DNA of 64,000 nucleotides, taken from positions 322,214,001 to 322,278,000 of the forward strand of contig OZ024741.1 in NCBI GenBank assembly GCA_964016885.1, read 5' to 3'. The translations under genes and the position numbers were made by a program. This stretch comes from Eledone cirrhosa (lineage: Eukaryota). Within the stretch, counting starts at the first letter, position 1. Every line of letters begins with the position of its first letter. The notes under the pieces were generated by a model. That model did no database searches and was not told where the DNA came from. It saw only the letters and a list, made by a program, of their open reading frames with translations. Of this stretch, positions 41,871 through 53,754 are shown one piece after another.

Positions 41871-42787
41871 ATGCTTTGGGATAAGAAACACACTAAGAAA
41901 CACACGCACCAGTTGCTTTCACTCCAATTTATTATAAATTAAATTTATAAATTTAAGAATTTATAAATTTCCGGTTGGTTGGTTCCGCAACCGGACGGTT
42001 GTTCATATATTGTCAAAGTTCTTTCGTCACACATTCTGTGACCTCTTCAGTGACTGGGGCTTCTTTTCTTTGTTTTTGTGCCTCTCCTTTGTTCTGTCCT
42101 ACGCCATCTTGTTTTTGTGTGTGTTGTGTGCTTAGTTTGCGCATGTGTTACATCCGGGTGTCTGTGTGTGTTTATAATTGTTTGTTTATTTGTTTATTTA
42201 CATGTTACTGGTTGGTTGTTTGTTCTATGTGCGTGTGTATTTTCATTTTGTCCTTAATTGTAAGTTGTGATGTTGCTATTCCATTCATGTTTTCTATTTA
42301 ATTTTGTTTGGAGTTCATTTATGTTTATTGCCTCTGTGATTTGTCTAAACATTGCGTCTTTTCTGTGTGTAGATTCTATTTTTATTTCTATGTTCTCTAA
42401 TTTACCCTTATGTTCTAATTTAGCATGTTGGTGGAGTACAGATGATTCTTTTCTATCTTGAAGCTCTCGCCAGTGTTCATTTATCAGTTCTCCTATACTA
42501 CGAGCTCTCTCACCTATGTACACTATATTCTTATCTCTACATTGTCCTTCAGTACATCTTATGCTATATACTACATTTCTAGTTTTATAGTTAATATGGG
42601 GGCTTAGTTTACAGATTATACATTTCTTATCTATACAGGGAGGCCTTTGAAAAGGGTATGTATTGCTAATAAGTGTTTTTATGGAGGTACCTGGTCTTTC
42701 TACTATCATAATATTGAGTTTATTTTTATCTAGGGACCTTCTAAATTTGTAAGCTAATTCACCTCTAGGGTGAATTAGCTTACAAAT
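41865..42787 (-). mobile_element. 5'-truncated PLE (GIY-YIG + pLTR with HHR at 42012-42054), same family as 50365-52682
   Basis: PCIDKKCIIC, NVVYSIRC, VYIGERARSIGE..NEH, RQITEAINI, LNRKHEW; 3' end abuts (TA)n. Confidence 0.9.
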
Positions 42788-43460
42788 GGAGACCATGGAG
42801 AGTCCTTTCTTCATCAGGGAGTCATTCTCGGCTAAGATTCCTGGCGATGCGCGGACACAGGGATCCAATACAAACATAATTCAGTGGATGGAAAAAAGCT
42901 AGCGCAGACTAAATTCCAAGCCTTCATGGTCAGTGGCAAATTCAAAAGAATCAATCACGTGACATCGAGGTTAATTAGTGAGGAGTGGGTGTTAAAAAGA
43001 CAGTAGCCAAGTTTAATACTATGAACCATTTGTTGAGCAAAAATTTGCCTAAATTACTACTATGGTTCATAGTATTAAACTTGGCCACTGTCTTTTTAAC
43101 ACCCCACTCCTCACTGATTAACCTCGATGTCACGTGATTGATTCTTTTGAATTTGCCACTGACCATGAAGGCAGTGAAGTTTTCAATGGCTTCGAATTTA
43201 GTCCGCGCTAGCTTTTTTCCACCCACTGAATTATTTTTGTATTGGATCCCTGTGTCCGCACATCGTCAGGAATCTTAGCCGAGAATGACTCCCTGATGAA
43301 GAAAGTATTCTCCATGGTCTCCATTTGGAGACTATGTATATCCCCTTTCAGAAACTAATTAGTTGGAGTGAAATTTAAGTAAGTGAGTTAAGTACTATAA
43401 TTTTATTATTTTACGTCTTTTATATAATTTTTCTACATCTCTTTGTATTGAACCACAAAG
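42783..43460 (+). mobile_element. Fold-back HHR element with ~245-bp inverted arms
   Basis: 42783-43028 is rc of 43063-43327 (19-nt indel); HHR at 43288-43369. Confidence 0.75.
43288..43369 (+). ncRNA. Type-I HHR motif with extended stem II
   Basis: ACTCC-CTGATGA-A-GAAAG..CATGGTCTCCA/tt/TGGAGACTATG..CTTTC-A-GAAA-CTAATTAG-TT-GGAGT. Confidence 0.75.
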
Positions 43461-43534
43461 TTACTAAGACAGAACCTATATCTCTGCTAGCGTAAGTATA
43501 CATCTGTATACATATGTTGGTAGATATACTAATT

Positions 43535-43605
<71 letters not shown>

Positions 43606-43800
43606 CATATTATGTAAAAATGAATAAAGACTATACCAATGAAGAGGCGTGTGCGCGTGTGTGTAAGTATATATATATTTGTTGAATCACCAGACTGACA
43701 ATACTGGTGTAGGTCCTTAACTTCCACGGGGAAGCTTGAGCCAATCCTCTGCGAAACGCGTGTAACAGGTCGATACACAATATAAACATAAATACATGAA

Positions 43801-43801
<1 letters not shown>

Positions 43802-43831
<30 letters not shown>

Positions 43832-43917
43832 CTTCTTCTTCTTCTTCTTCTTCTTCTTCTTCTTCTTCTTCTTCTTCTTCTTCTTCTTCTTCTTCTTCTT
43901 CTTCTTCTTCTTCTTCT
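43802..43917. repeat. (CTT)n microsatellite
   Basis: Direct reading. Confidence 0.95.
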
Positions 43918-43924
43918 CCCTTTT

Positions 43925-44026
<102 letters not shown>

Positions 44027-44366
44027 TATATACTCAAACAGAAGTAGCGTATTATTTAATTTTATTATTTGATGTGTGTGTTGGACCTCCGTCGGTTCCG
44101 AGGACGAACGTTCCATTTGTTCGAACAACGGGATAGCCTACTGAGCCACTTTAAAGAAGATCTCAAAGATATCAGCGCAATATGGTGTGTAACAAGGCTG
44201 GTCCTTTGAAATTACAAGTACAACTCATTTTTGTCTGTTTAATGTAGTGGAACAATGGGAAATAAAGTGTCTTGCTCAAGGACACAACACGCCGCCGGGA
44301 ATAAGAACTTGCAATCATAATAAGATAATAAGATCGTAAGCCAAACATCCGTCTTCACATTATATA

Positions 44367-47300
44367 TCTCTTCTCTATATATATAAAACGGTAGATGTCT
44401 GTCTGTGTGTGTGTATGATTTTTATGTATTTCCACATTTCTCTACCGATTTTGATGATTTTTTCCCAATGTGCTCCAAATTTACCAGGGCAGGTCAACGC
44501 GTAATCATTTTTGCCAAAAATTTCCTGCTACTATGAAAAAATTTGATAAAACTAAATACATGCTGTAACCCTCTCTCTCTCTTACACGCTTCATTCCTCT
44601 CACTACCCTCAATCTCCTCTGCAACTCTCTTTAAAAGGTTACTGCCTCCGTCTCTGAAGGAACGCGACACAAACTTTGATAACCTTCTCTCTTACACGCT
44701 TCATTCCTCTCACTACCCTCAATCTCCTCTGCAACTCTCTTTAAAAGGTTACTGCCTCCGTCTCCATTACAGTTTAGGTACACACTTACATTTTACATCA
44801 AATAACAATAATTCAAAAGCAACAGATGAATTTATAAAACAACACACGTAACAATAACGACCTCTCTATAATTTAACTGCTTTACTCTCTCTGTCGCTCT
44901 TCACTCCCTATATGACAACACTGCAGAGAGAGAAACAATGTATATGATCAAATGGAGCGTTCCGTATATTCCCCCTCTCTATAATTTAACTGCTTTACTC
45001 TCTCTGTCGCTCTTCACTCCCTATATGATAACACTGCAGTGGAGCGTTCCGTATTGAGTGTTCTGTATTGAGCGTTCCGTATTAACATACGGCTTATCTG
45101 GGGCATTTTCAATCGGCTTATTGCAAATAACAACCCGCAAAATAACATTTCATATAACAGACTAATACTATAGACATATGAATCGGAATGTAACCCGTGA
45201 ACTTTTTCCTGGGCAAAATTATTCGAACAGACATGACCTCATTGCCAGAGTGTTCAGACTGAAACTGGCTAAACTCATGGCTTTAATCAAAAAGGTCAGA
45301 TATTTGGGGCTGTAAAATGTGACATGTTCACCGTCGAATGGCAAAAACGAGGGCTGCCACATGCTCACATTTTGATTTGGTTAGCTGATAAAATCAATTC
45401 AAATGCCATAGACAGCTTCATTTCGGCTGAAATCCCTAACCCAGCAACTGACCAGGAATTACATGACATCGTCAAAGCTAACATGGTCCGTGTGCGTCGG
45501 GTCCTAATGGGCATCACACGTGTCTGAAAGGGGGGTCGTGCAGTAAGGGATACCCCCCAAAATTGGTTGACGAGACTCAGACTGGTGGCGATGGGTACCC
45601 CCTGTACAGGCGGAGAAGACCCAAGAACGGTAGCTTCGCCACAACAGTAAAGGGAGGTCAAGTCGACAATAGATGGGTGATTCCTTACTGCCCGCTTCTC
45701 TTGAAGATGTTCAACGCCCACATCAACGTTGAGTTTTGCAACTCCGTCAAGTCTATAAAATACATATGCAAATATGTAAATAAGGGCTCTGATGAGGTCA
45801 CAGACTACCTGGCGGGGCGGTACATCAGTATCAATGAAGCTTTTTGGCGCCTATTTGGTTTCCCCCTACACCAACGGCACCCCGCCATCGTACAGCTTGC
45901 GGTACATTTGGAAAATGGGCAAAGGGTTTACTTTACGCACCAAACCGCCGCCAAGCTGGCCGCCGATCCGAAAGAGACCACTCTGACAGGTTTCTTCAAA
46001 CTTTGCCAGTTCGATACATTTGCGCAAACAATTGTGTACTCCCAGGTTACATCCTACTTTATATGGTCGAAAAACAATTTGGTGCGAAGAAAGTCAGGTC
46101 AGGCTATTGAAAGACATCCTGGTGTAAAATTTGACAGCTGTCTTGGAAGGGTTTACACTGTGCCCCCAAGTCAGCATGAGTGTTTTCACCTCCGCCTTCT
46201 TCTGCATGAAGTTGTAGGCCCACAAAGTTTTCAGGACCTCAAAACTGTTGATGGAGAAATATGTGATACGTACCGGGAAGCCTGCTTTAAGCGTGGTCTT
46301 TTGGAAGATGATTCGCAATGGGATTCCACTTTAGCAGAGGGTGCTTTGTTGAAATCACCCAAAGGTCTACGGGAACTCTTTGCCATTTTGCTTCAAAAGT
46401 GTGAATTGAGTGATCCCAAATCTTTATGGGTCAAGTACAGAGACTTCATGTCTGAGGATTTCCTGCGCCTGGCTCATCTGCAGTATCCTTCAGTGGAAGT
46501 TGCTTACAGCGGCATTATCTACAACAGGGCACTCATTGATATCGAGGACACCCTCCTAGACATGGGTGGGAGTGAGTTGGCGACGTATGGCTTGCCGTCA
46601 ACCGTCACAGATGAAGCTAACACGTTGGCCCCGGATTTGTTGCAGGAAACAGCATATGACATCGAATCTCTTTCTCAATACTTAGAGGAAAATGATCCCA
46701 AACGTCTGTCGGACCAAAGGTTGGCCTATTTAACTATCATTGACGCGGTTCAAAATCAGACTGGGGGTATTTACTTTCTCGATGCTCCTGGGGGGTACCG
46801 GAAACACTTTTGTAACAAAATTGATTCCCGCTAAGATTCGTCAGGAGAAAAAAATTGCGTTGGCCGTTGCATCGTCCGGGATCGCTGCTACTTTGCTGTC
46901 GAAAGGCAGGACAGCACATTCAACCTTTAAACTCCCCTTGGATTTAGTAAAAACTGAGACACCAACATGCAATATCAGCAAGAGTTCACACGAAGCTCTG
47001 GTTCTCAAAAAATGTTGCCTCATTGTTTGGGTTGAGTGCACAATGGCACACAAGGGTGCCCTTGAGGCATTGGACAGGACCCTGAGAGACAGAGATTCTG
47101 CGGCTCCTATGGGTGGCGTAACCCTTCTGCTATCAGGGGTTTTTCGGCAAACGCTGTCTGTTATCCCCAAAGGGACAAGAGCTGATGAAGTGCGTGCCTG
47201 CCTTAAGTCGTCCACGTTGTGGCCCCAGGTGAAGACTTTGTACCTGAGCACAAATATGCGTGCTTATTTGCATGGTGACAACATGTCTGCAGCATTTGCT

Positions 47301-48380
47301 CAGAACATTTTAGCCCTTGGTGAGGGCAAGGTCCCTGTGGATGACAAGGGCGGCATAGCAATCAACTCCCTGTGCAACATTGTGAGCAGCCCTTCTGACC
47401 GTTGGGAGGCAGTTTTTCCTAATGTCTCATCTAATTTTAAAAACTTCGATTGGCTCAGCGAAAGAGCCATCCTTGCTCCGAAAAATGCCATGGTTAATTT
47501 TATTAACGAGCAGCTGATTGACAAAATTCCCGGTAAAGAGCACATCTTCAAATCTATCGACCGGACGTCAGACCCCGACGATATCGTTAATTATCTGATT
47601 GAGTTATTAAATTCCCTTGAGCCTCCAGGGCTCCCACCTCACATTCTTAAGCTTAGGGTTGGCTGTATCATTATGCTAATAAGGAACTTGCGCCCACCAA
47701 AGCAGTACAACGGTACTCGCATGTTCGTCAAGTCAATGACGTCCCACTTGATTGAGGCCACCATTGTAACGAGGTGCGGGAGAGGGGAGAATGTTTTCAT
47801 TCCAAGGATGAACCTTTTCCCCTCGGCGTCAGATATCCCGTCCGATTTCCGGCGATCCCAATTCCCGATGAGACCATGTTTTGCCATGTCCATTAACAAG
47901 TCACAAGGGCAAACATTGTCGGTGGCGGGCATTCATTTGGGGGAGCCATGCTTCTCCAATGGTCAACTTTATGTTGCCTGTTCCCACGTAGGGAGCAGGA
48001 ATGCACTTTTTGCTTACACTCCTCAAGGGATGACACGCAATATCGTCTACAAAGAGGTGCTATAGATGTTGGTGCAGGTGTTGGAGGTGTTGGAGCTATG
48101 CCGTCTGGAAAACTATTTCCTGGTAGGGTCACCCATGGCGGACAGATGCGACACCCAGCGGCATCAGGGCCACCATCTTGCAACTTTGGTCTGCTAAATT
48201 CGCTATTGGAAGATTATTAACCCATCATTGATTGTCCAAAATGCTAATTGGTTCGTAACTTTTAATAACCGGTTCAACTGCTTTAATTGATAAGTTTATT
48301 CGCTTTCAAGCCACGTTTACCTGTATGTAACTTTTTATAGCAAATGAATAAACCCGAGCAACGCCGGGCTAAACTGCTAG
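44367..48380 (+). mobile_element. Helitron with both termini, derived from an autonomous element
   Basis: 5' TC(TCT)TCTCTATATATATAAAAC; 3' CCCG..CGGG hairpin plus CTAG at 48377-48380 followed by T; internal tandem duplications at 44577-44764 and 44862-45039. Confidence 0.9.
45225..48065 (+). pseudogene. Helitron RepHel (HUH Rep + Pif1 helicase), 5'-deleted and frameshifted
   Basis: VEWQKRGLPHAHIL (HUH), YPLYRRR, AHINVE, KYICKYVNKG, FLDAPGGTG (Walker A, split by frameshift near 46795), GRTAHSTFKLP, FAMSINKSQGQTL, GQLYVACS. Confidence 0.95.
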
Positions 48381-48894
48381 TTAATAATATATTAATAGCA
48401 TCATGTTTAGTAGCTCTGGTTCTGCGCTGTTGTTGTGAAGATATCATTTTACAAATTAAAAAAAAAATAATTAAGAAACAAACAAATAAACAAATAATAA
48501 AAAAAAAACAATACAAAAAAAAACAAAGCAAAAAAAAAAGAAAAAAACTAATTTTAGGCTTTCTTGTCAGTACTGTTATTTGTTTATTCTGAGTCTTGAT
48601 GATAAGTATATCCTATCCCTGTGTATTTGTATATTAAGAGGATGGTAGACAGATTGAGGGTCAGCTGAAACAGTAACACTAGATAGTCAAAATGTGGTGG
48701 ATTCATGACTTCTCTAAGTGGTTATGAGGAACTTGACTCTTATCTGGGAAAAAGTTTCATCTGATGAAATATATTTCGAAATGAAGTGCTAAACAGATTG
48801 AAAAGTAACAATATATATATATCTAATATATATATATATCTTGATATATATACAATTCCTTTGTTATATATATATCTTGATATATATATATATA

Positions 48895-49281
48895 ACAAAG
48901 GAATTGTTGTAAGGAACCAGATGGACCATAACGCACCAGAGTACTCAATACTTAGGGTAGTAGAGTGGGAAATAGGAAAAAGTATGACCTCGACGGCAGA
49001 GCTCAAGCCGTTTCGACGGCTATTTCTGGTCCAGAAATAGCCGTCGAAACGGCTTGAGCTCTGCCGTCGGGGTCATACTTTTTCCTATATATATATATAT
49101 AACGAAGGAAATCTGGTAAGGAACCAGGTGGACCATAACGCACCAAAGTACTCAATACGTGGGGTAGTAGAGTGGGTAATAGGAACCAGTAAGACCCCGA
49201 CGGCTGAGCTCAAGCCGTTTCGTCCAGAATTAGCCGTCGAAACGGCTTGAGCTCAGCCGTCGGGGTCTTACTGGTTCCTAT
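48895..49281. mobile_element. Two tandem family E short elements, each ending in a long hairpin
   Basis: 58-bp arms 48972-49029 / 49031-49088; second hairpin about 49179-49281; units separated by (TA)n. Confidence 0.8.
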
Positions 49282-49358
49282 ATATATATATATATATATG
49301 CACATACACACACACTTCATTGGTATAGTCTTTATTCATTTTTACATATGTATCTACG

Positions 49359-49429
<71 letters not shown>

Positions 49430-49431
<2 letters not shown>

Positions 49432-49777
49432 GATATTAACAAATGGAAACTATATTTATAAAACCATATTTATTTCATTATACATATTTCAAGGACACCA
49501 AGTTAAATTATGGTGTGCTTTCATCAGACAAAATATAATATAGATCAGTTTTATAAATAAATATTGACATACCCTTAAAAAAGGCAACCATTACTGTTGG
49601 AAGCTCCCGGATAGTTAACTTGGTGTCCTTGAAATATGTATAATGAAATAAATATGGTTTTATAAATATAGTTTCCATTTGTTAATATCGTATGTTTACT
49701 CCAAATAATTGTTGAGTGCTTTATATCAACTATAAAAATATTTGCTTGTTGTATCCCAACAATTTAAATAGAACTTT

Positions 49778-49780
<3 letters not shown>
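49430..49780. mobile_element. Family A fold-back HHR element
   Basis: HHR on - strand at about 49471-49535; essentially the rc of 4011-4330 with a different inversion breakpoint. Confidence 0.75.
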
Positions 49781-49820
<40 letters not shown>

Positions 49821-49875
49821 CACGTAAATACAATTGAAGATGATTATGCCAATGAAACAATGACAGAGAACGTTA

Positions 49876-50050
49876 TTGGCAGTATCGGTAGAGGGTCGGA
49901 CGCCATGCTTTCCAGCATAGTTACGTCCCTTTACGATCTGAGTTCAAATCCCGCCGAGGTTAACTTTGCCTTTCATCCTTACGGGGTCGATAAAATAAAG
50001 TACCAGTAATGCACTGGGTAATTGCTGGCCTTGTGACTAAAGTAGAAACA
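49876..50050 (+). mobile_element. SINE S1 with apparent GTTA(T) target-site duplication
   Basis: GAGAACGTTAT|SINE|GTTATATTAATT; empty-site paralog on - strand at about 41705-41820. Confidence 0.8.
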
Positions 50051-50136
50051 GTTATATTAATTATAAACAACAGAAAAAAAAATTATTTACTTCTCAATTT
50101 GTCTATTGTCTTCAAATAAAACCACCCGTAATGAGC

Positions 50137-50207
<71 letters not shown>

Positions 50208-50307
50208 ATATACGAGTGTATGCAAGTAAATATGAGTAAAATAAACAAGGAAAAACAACACTTGAGAACGATGCAGTAGAAAGATGTTATATATTAATCT
50301 TAACGTA

Positions 50308-50353
<46 letters not shown>

Positions 50354-50364
50354 ATATAAAAGGA

Positions 50365-52682
50365 CTGCCAACAACTTCCAGGCCTGGAACAATGACGTGC
50401 CAGCGTTGTATGGGCTTCGAAAAGACCATAAGACGAGCAGTGACCCTGTCACAGGACCACCAACACGGCCAGTCTGTGGAGCTAACATTGCTAGTAACTA
50501 CAGACTTTCCTACATCCTCTCCCTGATCATACGCCCCATCATTGAAATGTCCCCAGATATATGTGACAGCACGGAGGACCTCCTCAGCAGAATCAGCGAT
50601 AATAACCGATCTAGGGACCTAACAGACTGTATAATAGGTAGTATGGATGTTGTGTCTCTATATCCATCCATTGACGTGGATTTTGCTGTGGAGAAATGCG
50701 TAGAAATGATCAGTGAGAGCAATGTTGAATTCCGTGGGATTGATACCAGTGAGCTGGGACTCATACTTAAACTTACCTATAGTAATGATTATCTAGATAC
50801 ATATGACCTTAGCAACCTGTGCCCTACAAGACCAGCAAGAGGCAGACCACCTACCATTACCTCAATGGCCAAGAAAACCCACACAGAAAGATGGGACGGG
50901 TGAACCAGAGCCATACGGACACCCGAAAACCACGATGAACTAAAGAAAATGATTGCACATGCGATGGGGGCCAGTTTAAAACTAACCCTTAAGGAACATA
51001 TGTTCAAATTTAATGGAAAAACATGCCCAAGAGGTGGGAGCAGCCATTGGTGTTAGCATTGCAGGCGACATAGCTAACTTATTCGTGGTATGGTGGGACA
51101 GTAGACTTAAACTTAAACTTAAAGAACAATTAGAAGACAGCAACCTCTTAACCCTGATAATGTACTCCCGCTACGTTGATGATATAAACATCGTAGTAAA
51201 AACGCCCCACTAGAGAACAGTCAGGAATTAGAGAAAAACATCATGTAAAGCATCCAGCAAATAGCTAAATCCATCCACCAGAGTATTAGAGTTACTATAG
51301 ACTACCCAAGCAAACACCCCAACCATCGATTACCTGTACTAGACACAGAGCTCTGGTTAGAAACCATTAATAACAAAAAACAAATCCTCCATTCCCATTA
51401 TGCCAAACCCATGACTTCCAAATATCTGATCCACCGAAACTCAGCTGTTTCGGATCACACCAAAATCAACATACTGATTGCGGATTTGGTACGGGTGATG
51501 AGAAACGTGTCCCGTATGTGCAACCCCAAAGAACTAGAGAGACACATACAACACTTCATCCACCGTATGCAGTTCTCTGGTTACAATAAGAGAGATAAAA
51601 TAAGGGTATATAGAGGAGCCAGAACCAAATGGGAAAAAAATGGTAAATAATGATACAAATGGGACCTGCCCCTTGTATAGGAGCAAATTTTGGAATAGAA
51701 TAGAAAGAACTAGGAATAAGGTTAATAGAATAAACTCATGGTATGATAGCAATACATACCAGAGTGTAATGTTCATCAATACAACCCATAGAGGTGAATT
51801 AGCTTACAAATTTAGAAGGGACCTAGATAAACATAAACTTAATATTAAGATAGTAGAAAGACCAGGTACCTCCATAAAAACACTTATTAGCAATACATAC
51901 CCATTTCAAAGTGTATAGATAAGAAATGCATAATCTGTAAACTAAGCCCCCATATTAACTATAAAACTAGAAATGTAGTATATAGCATAAGATGTACTGA
52001 AGGACATTGTAAAGATAAGAATATAGGTGAGACAGCTCGTAGTATAGGAGAACGGTTAAATGAACACTGGCGAGAACTTCAACATAAAAAAGAATCATCA
52101 ATACTCCTCCAACATGCTAAAATAGAACATAAAGGCAAATTAGTGAACATAGAAATAAAAATAGAATCTTCACACAGAAAAGACGCAATGTTTAGACAAA
52201 TCACAGAGGCAATAAACATAAATGAACTCCAACCAAAATTAAATAGAAAACACGAATGGAATAGCAACATCACAACTTACAATTAAGGACAAAATGAAAA
52301 CACACACACACATAGAACAAACAACCAACCAGTAACATGTAAATAAACAAATAAATAAACAAATAAAAACACACACAGACACCTGGATGTAACACATGCG
52401 CAAACTAATCACACAACACACACAAAAACAAGATGGCGTAGGACAGAACAAAGGAGAGGCAAAAAACAAAGAAAAGAATCCCAGTCACTGAAGAGGTCAC
52501 AGAATGTGTGACGAAAGAACTTTGACAATATATGAACAACCGTCCGGTTATGGAACCAACCAACCAACCGGAAATTTATAAATTCTTAAATTTATAAATT
52601 TAATTTATAATAAATTGGAGTGAAAGCAGCTGGTGCGTGTGTTTCTTATTGGCAACATGACCCTCCCAAATCATAACAATAT
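50365..52682 (+). pseudogene. Penelope-like retroelement (Neptune-like layout): RT + Cys-rich linker + GIY-YIG + pLTR, with stops and frameshifts
   Basis: PALYGLRKDHK, RPVCG, GSMDVVSLYPSID, GAAIG, YSRYVDD, LPVLD, HYAKP, NVVYSIRC, IGETARS; inserted after (TA)n. Confidence 0.92.
52484..52526 (+). ncRNA. Minimal HHR motif in PLE pLTR
   Basis: GTCA-CTGAAGA-G-GTCACA/gaatg/TGTGAC-GAAA-G-AA-C-TT-TGAC. Confidence 0.75.
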
Positions 52683-52793
52683 TGGTTTCAACACACGTTT
52701 TCAGATAAAGAATCTTGCTAAACAAATTCAGAAACGAAATATGTATACACATATATATACATATATGTGTGTGTGTATATATATATATATATA

Positions 52794-52881
<88 letters not shown>

Positions 52882-52883
52882 TG

Positions 52884-52930
<47 letters not shown>

Positions 52931-53040
52931 TAATAAAAGGAATTCAAACTTTGATTTACTCGTTTTATTTACAATCCTTTAAAATTATAATGATATTATA
53001 ATGAAATAGTATGGTAGAATATTAAATGTTAAGTGTCAAT

Positions 53041-53079
53041 TGAACAAGTACTTTCATGCTTTCGCAATCTTCAGGTTCA
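53041..53079 (-). ncRNA. Minimal 39-nt HHR motif
   Basis: rc: TGAAC-CTGAAGA-T-TGC/GAAA/GCA-T-GAAA-GTAC-TT-GTTCA; adjacent 23-bp-arm hairpin at 53093-53139. Confidence 0.75.
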
Positions 53080-53135
53080 TATTCAGTGGTGACAGTCAAG
53101 TTTGCAATTTTCAACAGTTGAAAATTGCAAACTTG

Positions 53136-53233
53136 ACTGGGGATTCTTTTCATTGTTTTGTGCCTCTTCTTTGTTCTGTCCTATGCGTGTGTTTCTTATT
53201 GGCAACATGACCCTCCCAAAGTATAACAATATA
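53136..53233. mobile_element. ~100-bp fold-back remnant of the PLE pLTR
   Basis: Inverted pLTR piece joined to the pLTR 3' end GTGTGTTTCTTATTGGCAACATGACCCTCCCAAAGTATAACAAT, then (TA)n. Confidence 0.7.
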
Positions 53234-53237
53234 TAAA

Positions 53238-53294
<57 letters not shown>

Positions 53295-53754
53295 ATATAT
53301 ATATATATATGTATATATATGTATGTGTCTATGTGCGTGTATATGTCTGTATATGTGTGTATATGTTTGTGTGTGTGTGTTTGTCTATGTGTCATATACA
53401 CATATATAGTTACTGGAATCCATATTAAACTGATTCCAGTAAAGAATTTTATATTAAGCTACAATTTACATTAAGTTTACCGATGATTTCCAAATTTACA
53501 TAATTAATTTCCACCAGTTGTTTTTGAAATTGTTTCTCTTTGCCCCTATCGAGGCTTTAGAAAACCTTCTCCAATTATGGTGAACAAGAGTCACCATTCC
53601 AGAAATACTTGTTATATGTCAGGCAACGAATTAAGAAGGGAACTTTTAAGTCAGCGATTCTTAAAAAGAGACAATTAGCTCCTTGGGGAGGAATTTCAAA
53701 TCCTAAGGGAGAAATTGGCGAGGAATCTTATTCAGGGGAGAATAGTGTACCTTG

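Noticed and set aside
48755-48790. CTGATGA..GAAA as another HHR
   Set aside because: No stem III or cleavage triplet between GAAA and the would-be stem I'
50901-50903. In-frame TGA in the PLE RT as selenocysteine or readthrough
   Set aside because: The element has other stops and frameshifts; a TGG-to-TGA mutation is simpler; no SECIS identified
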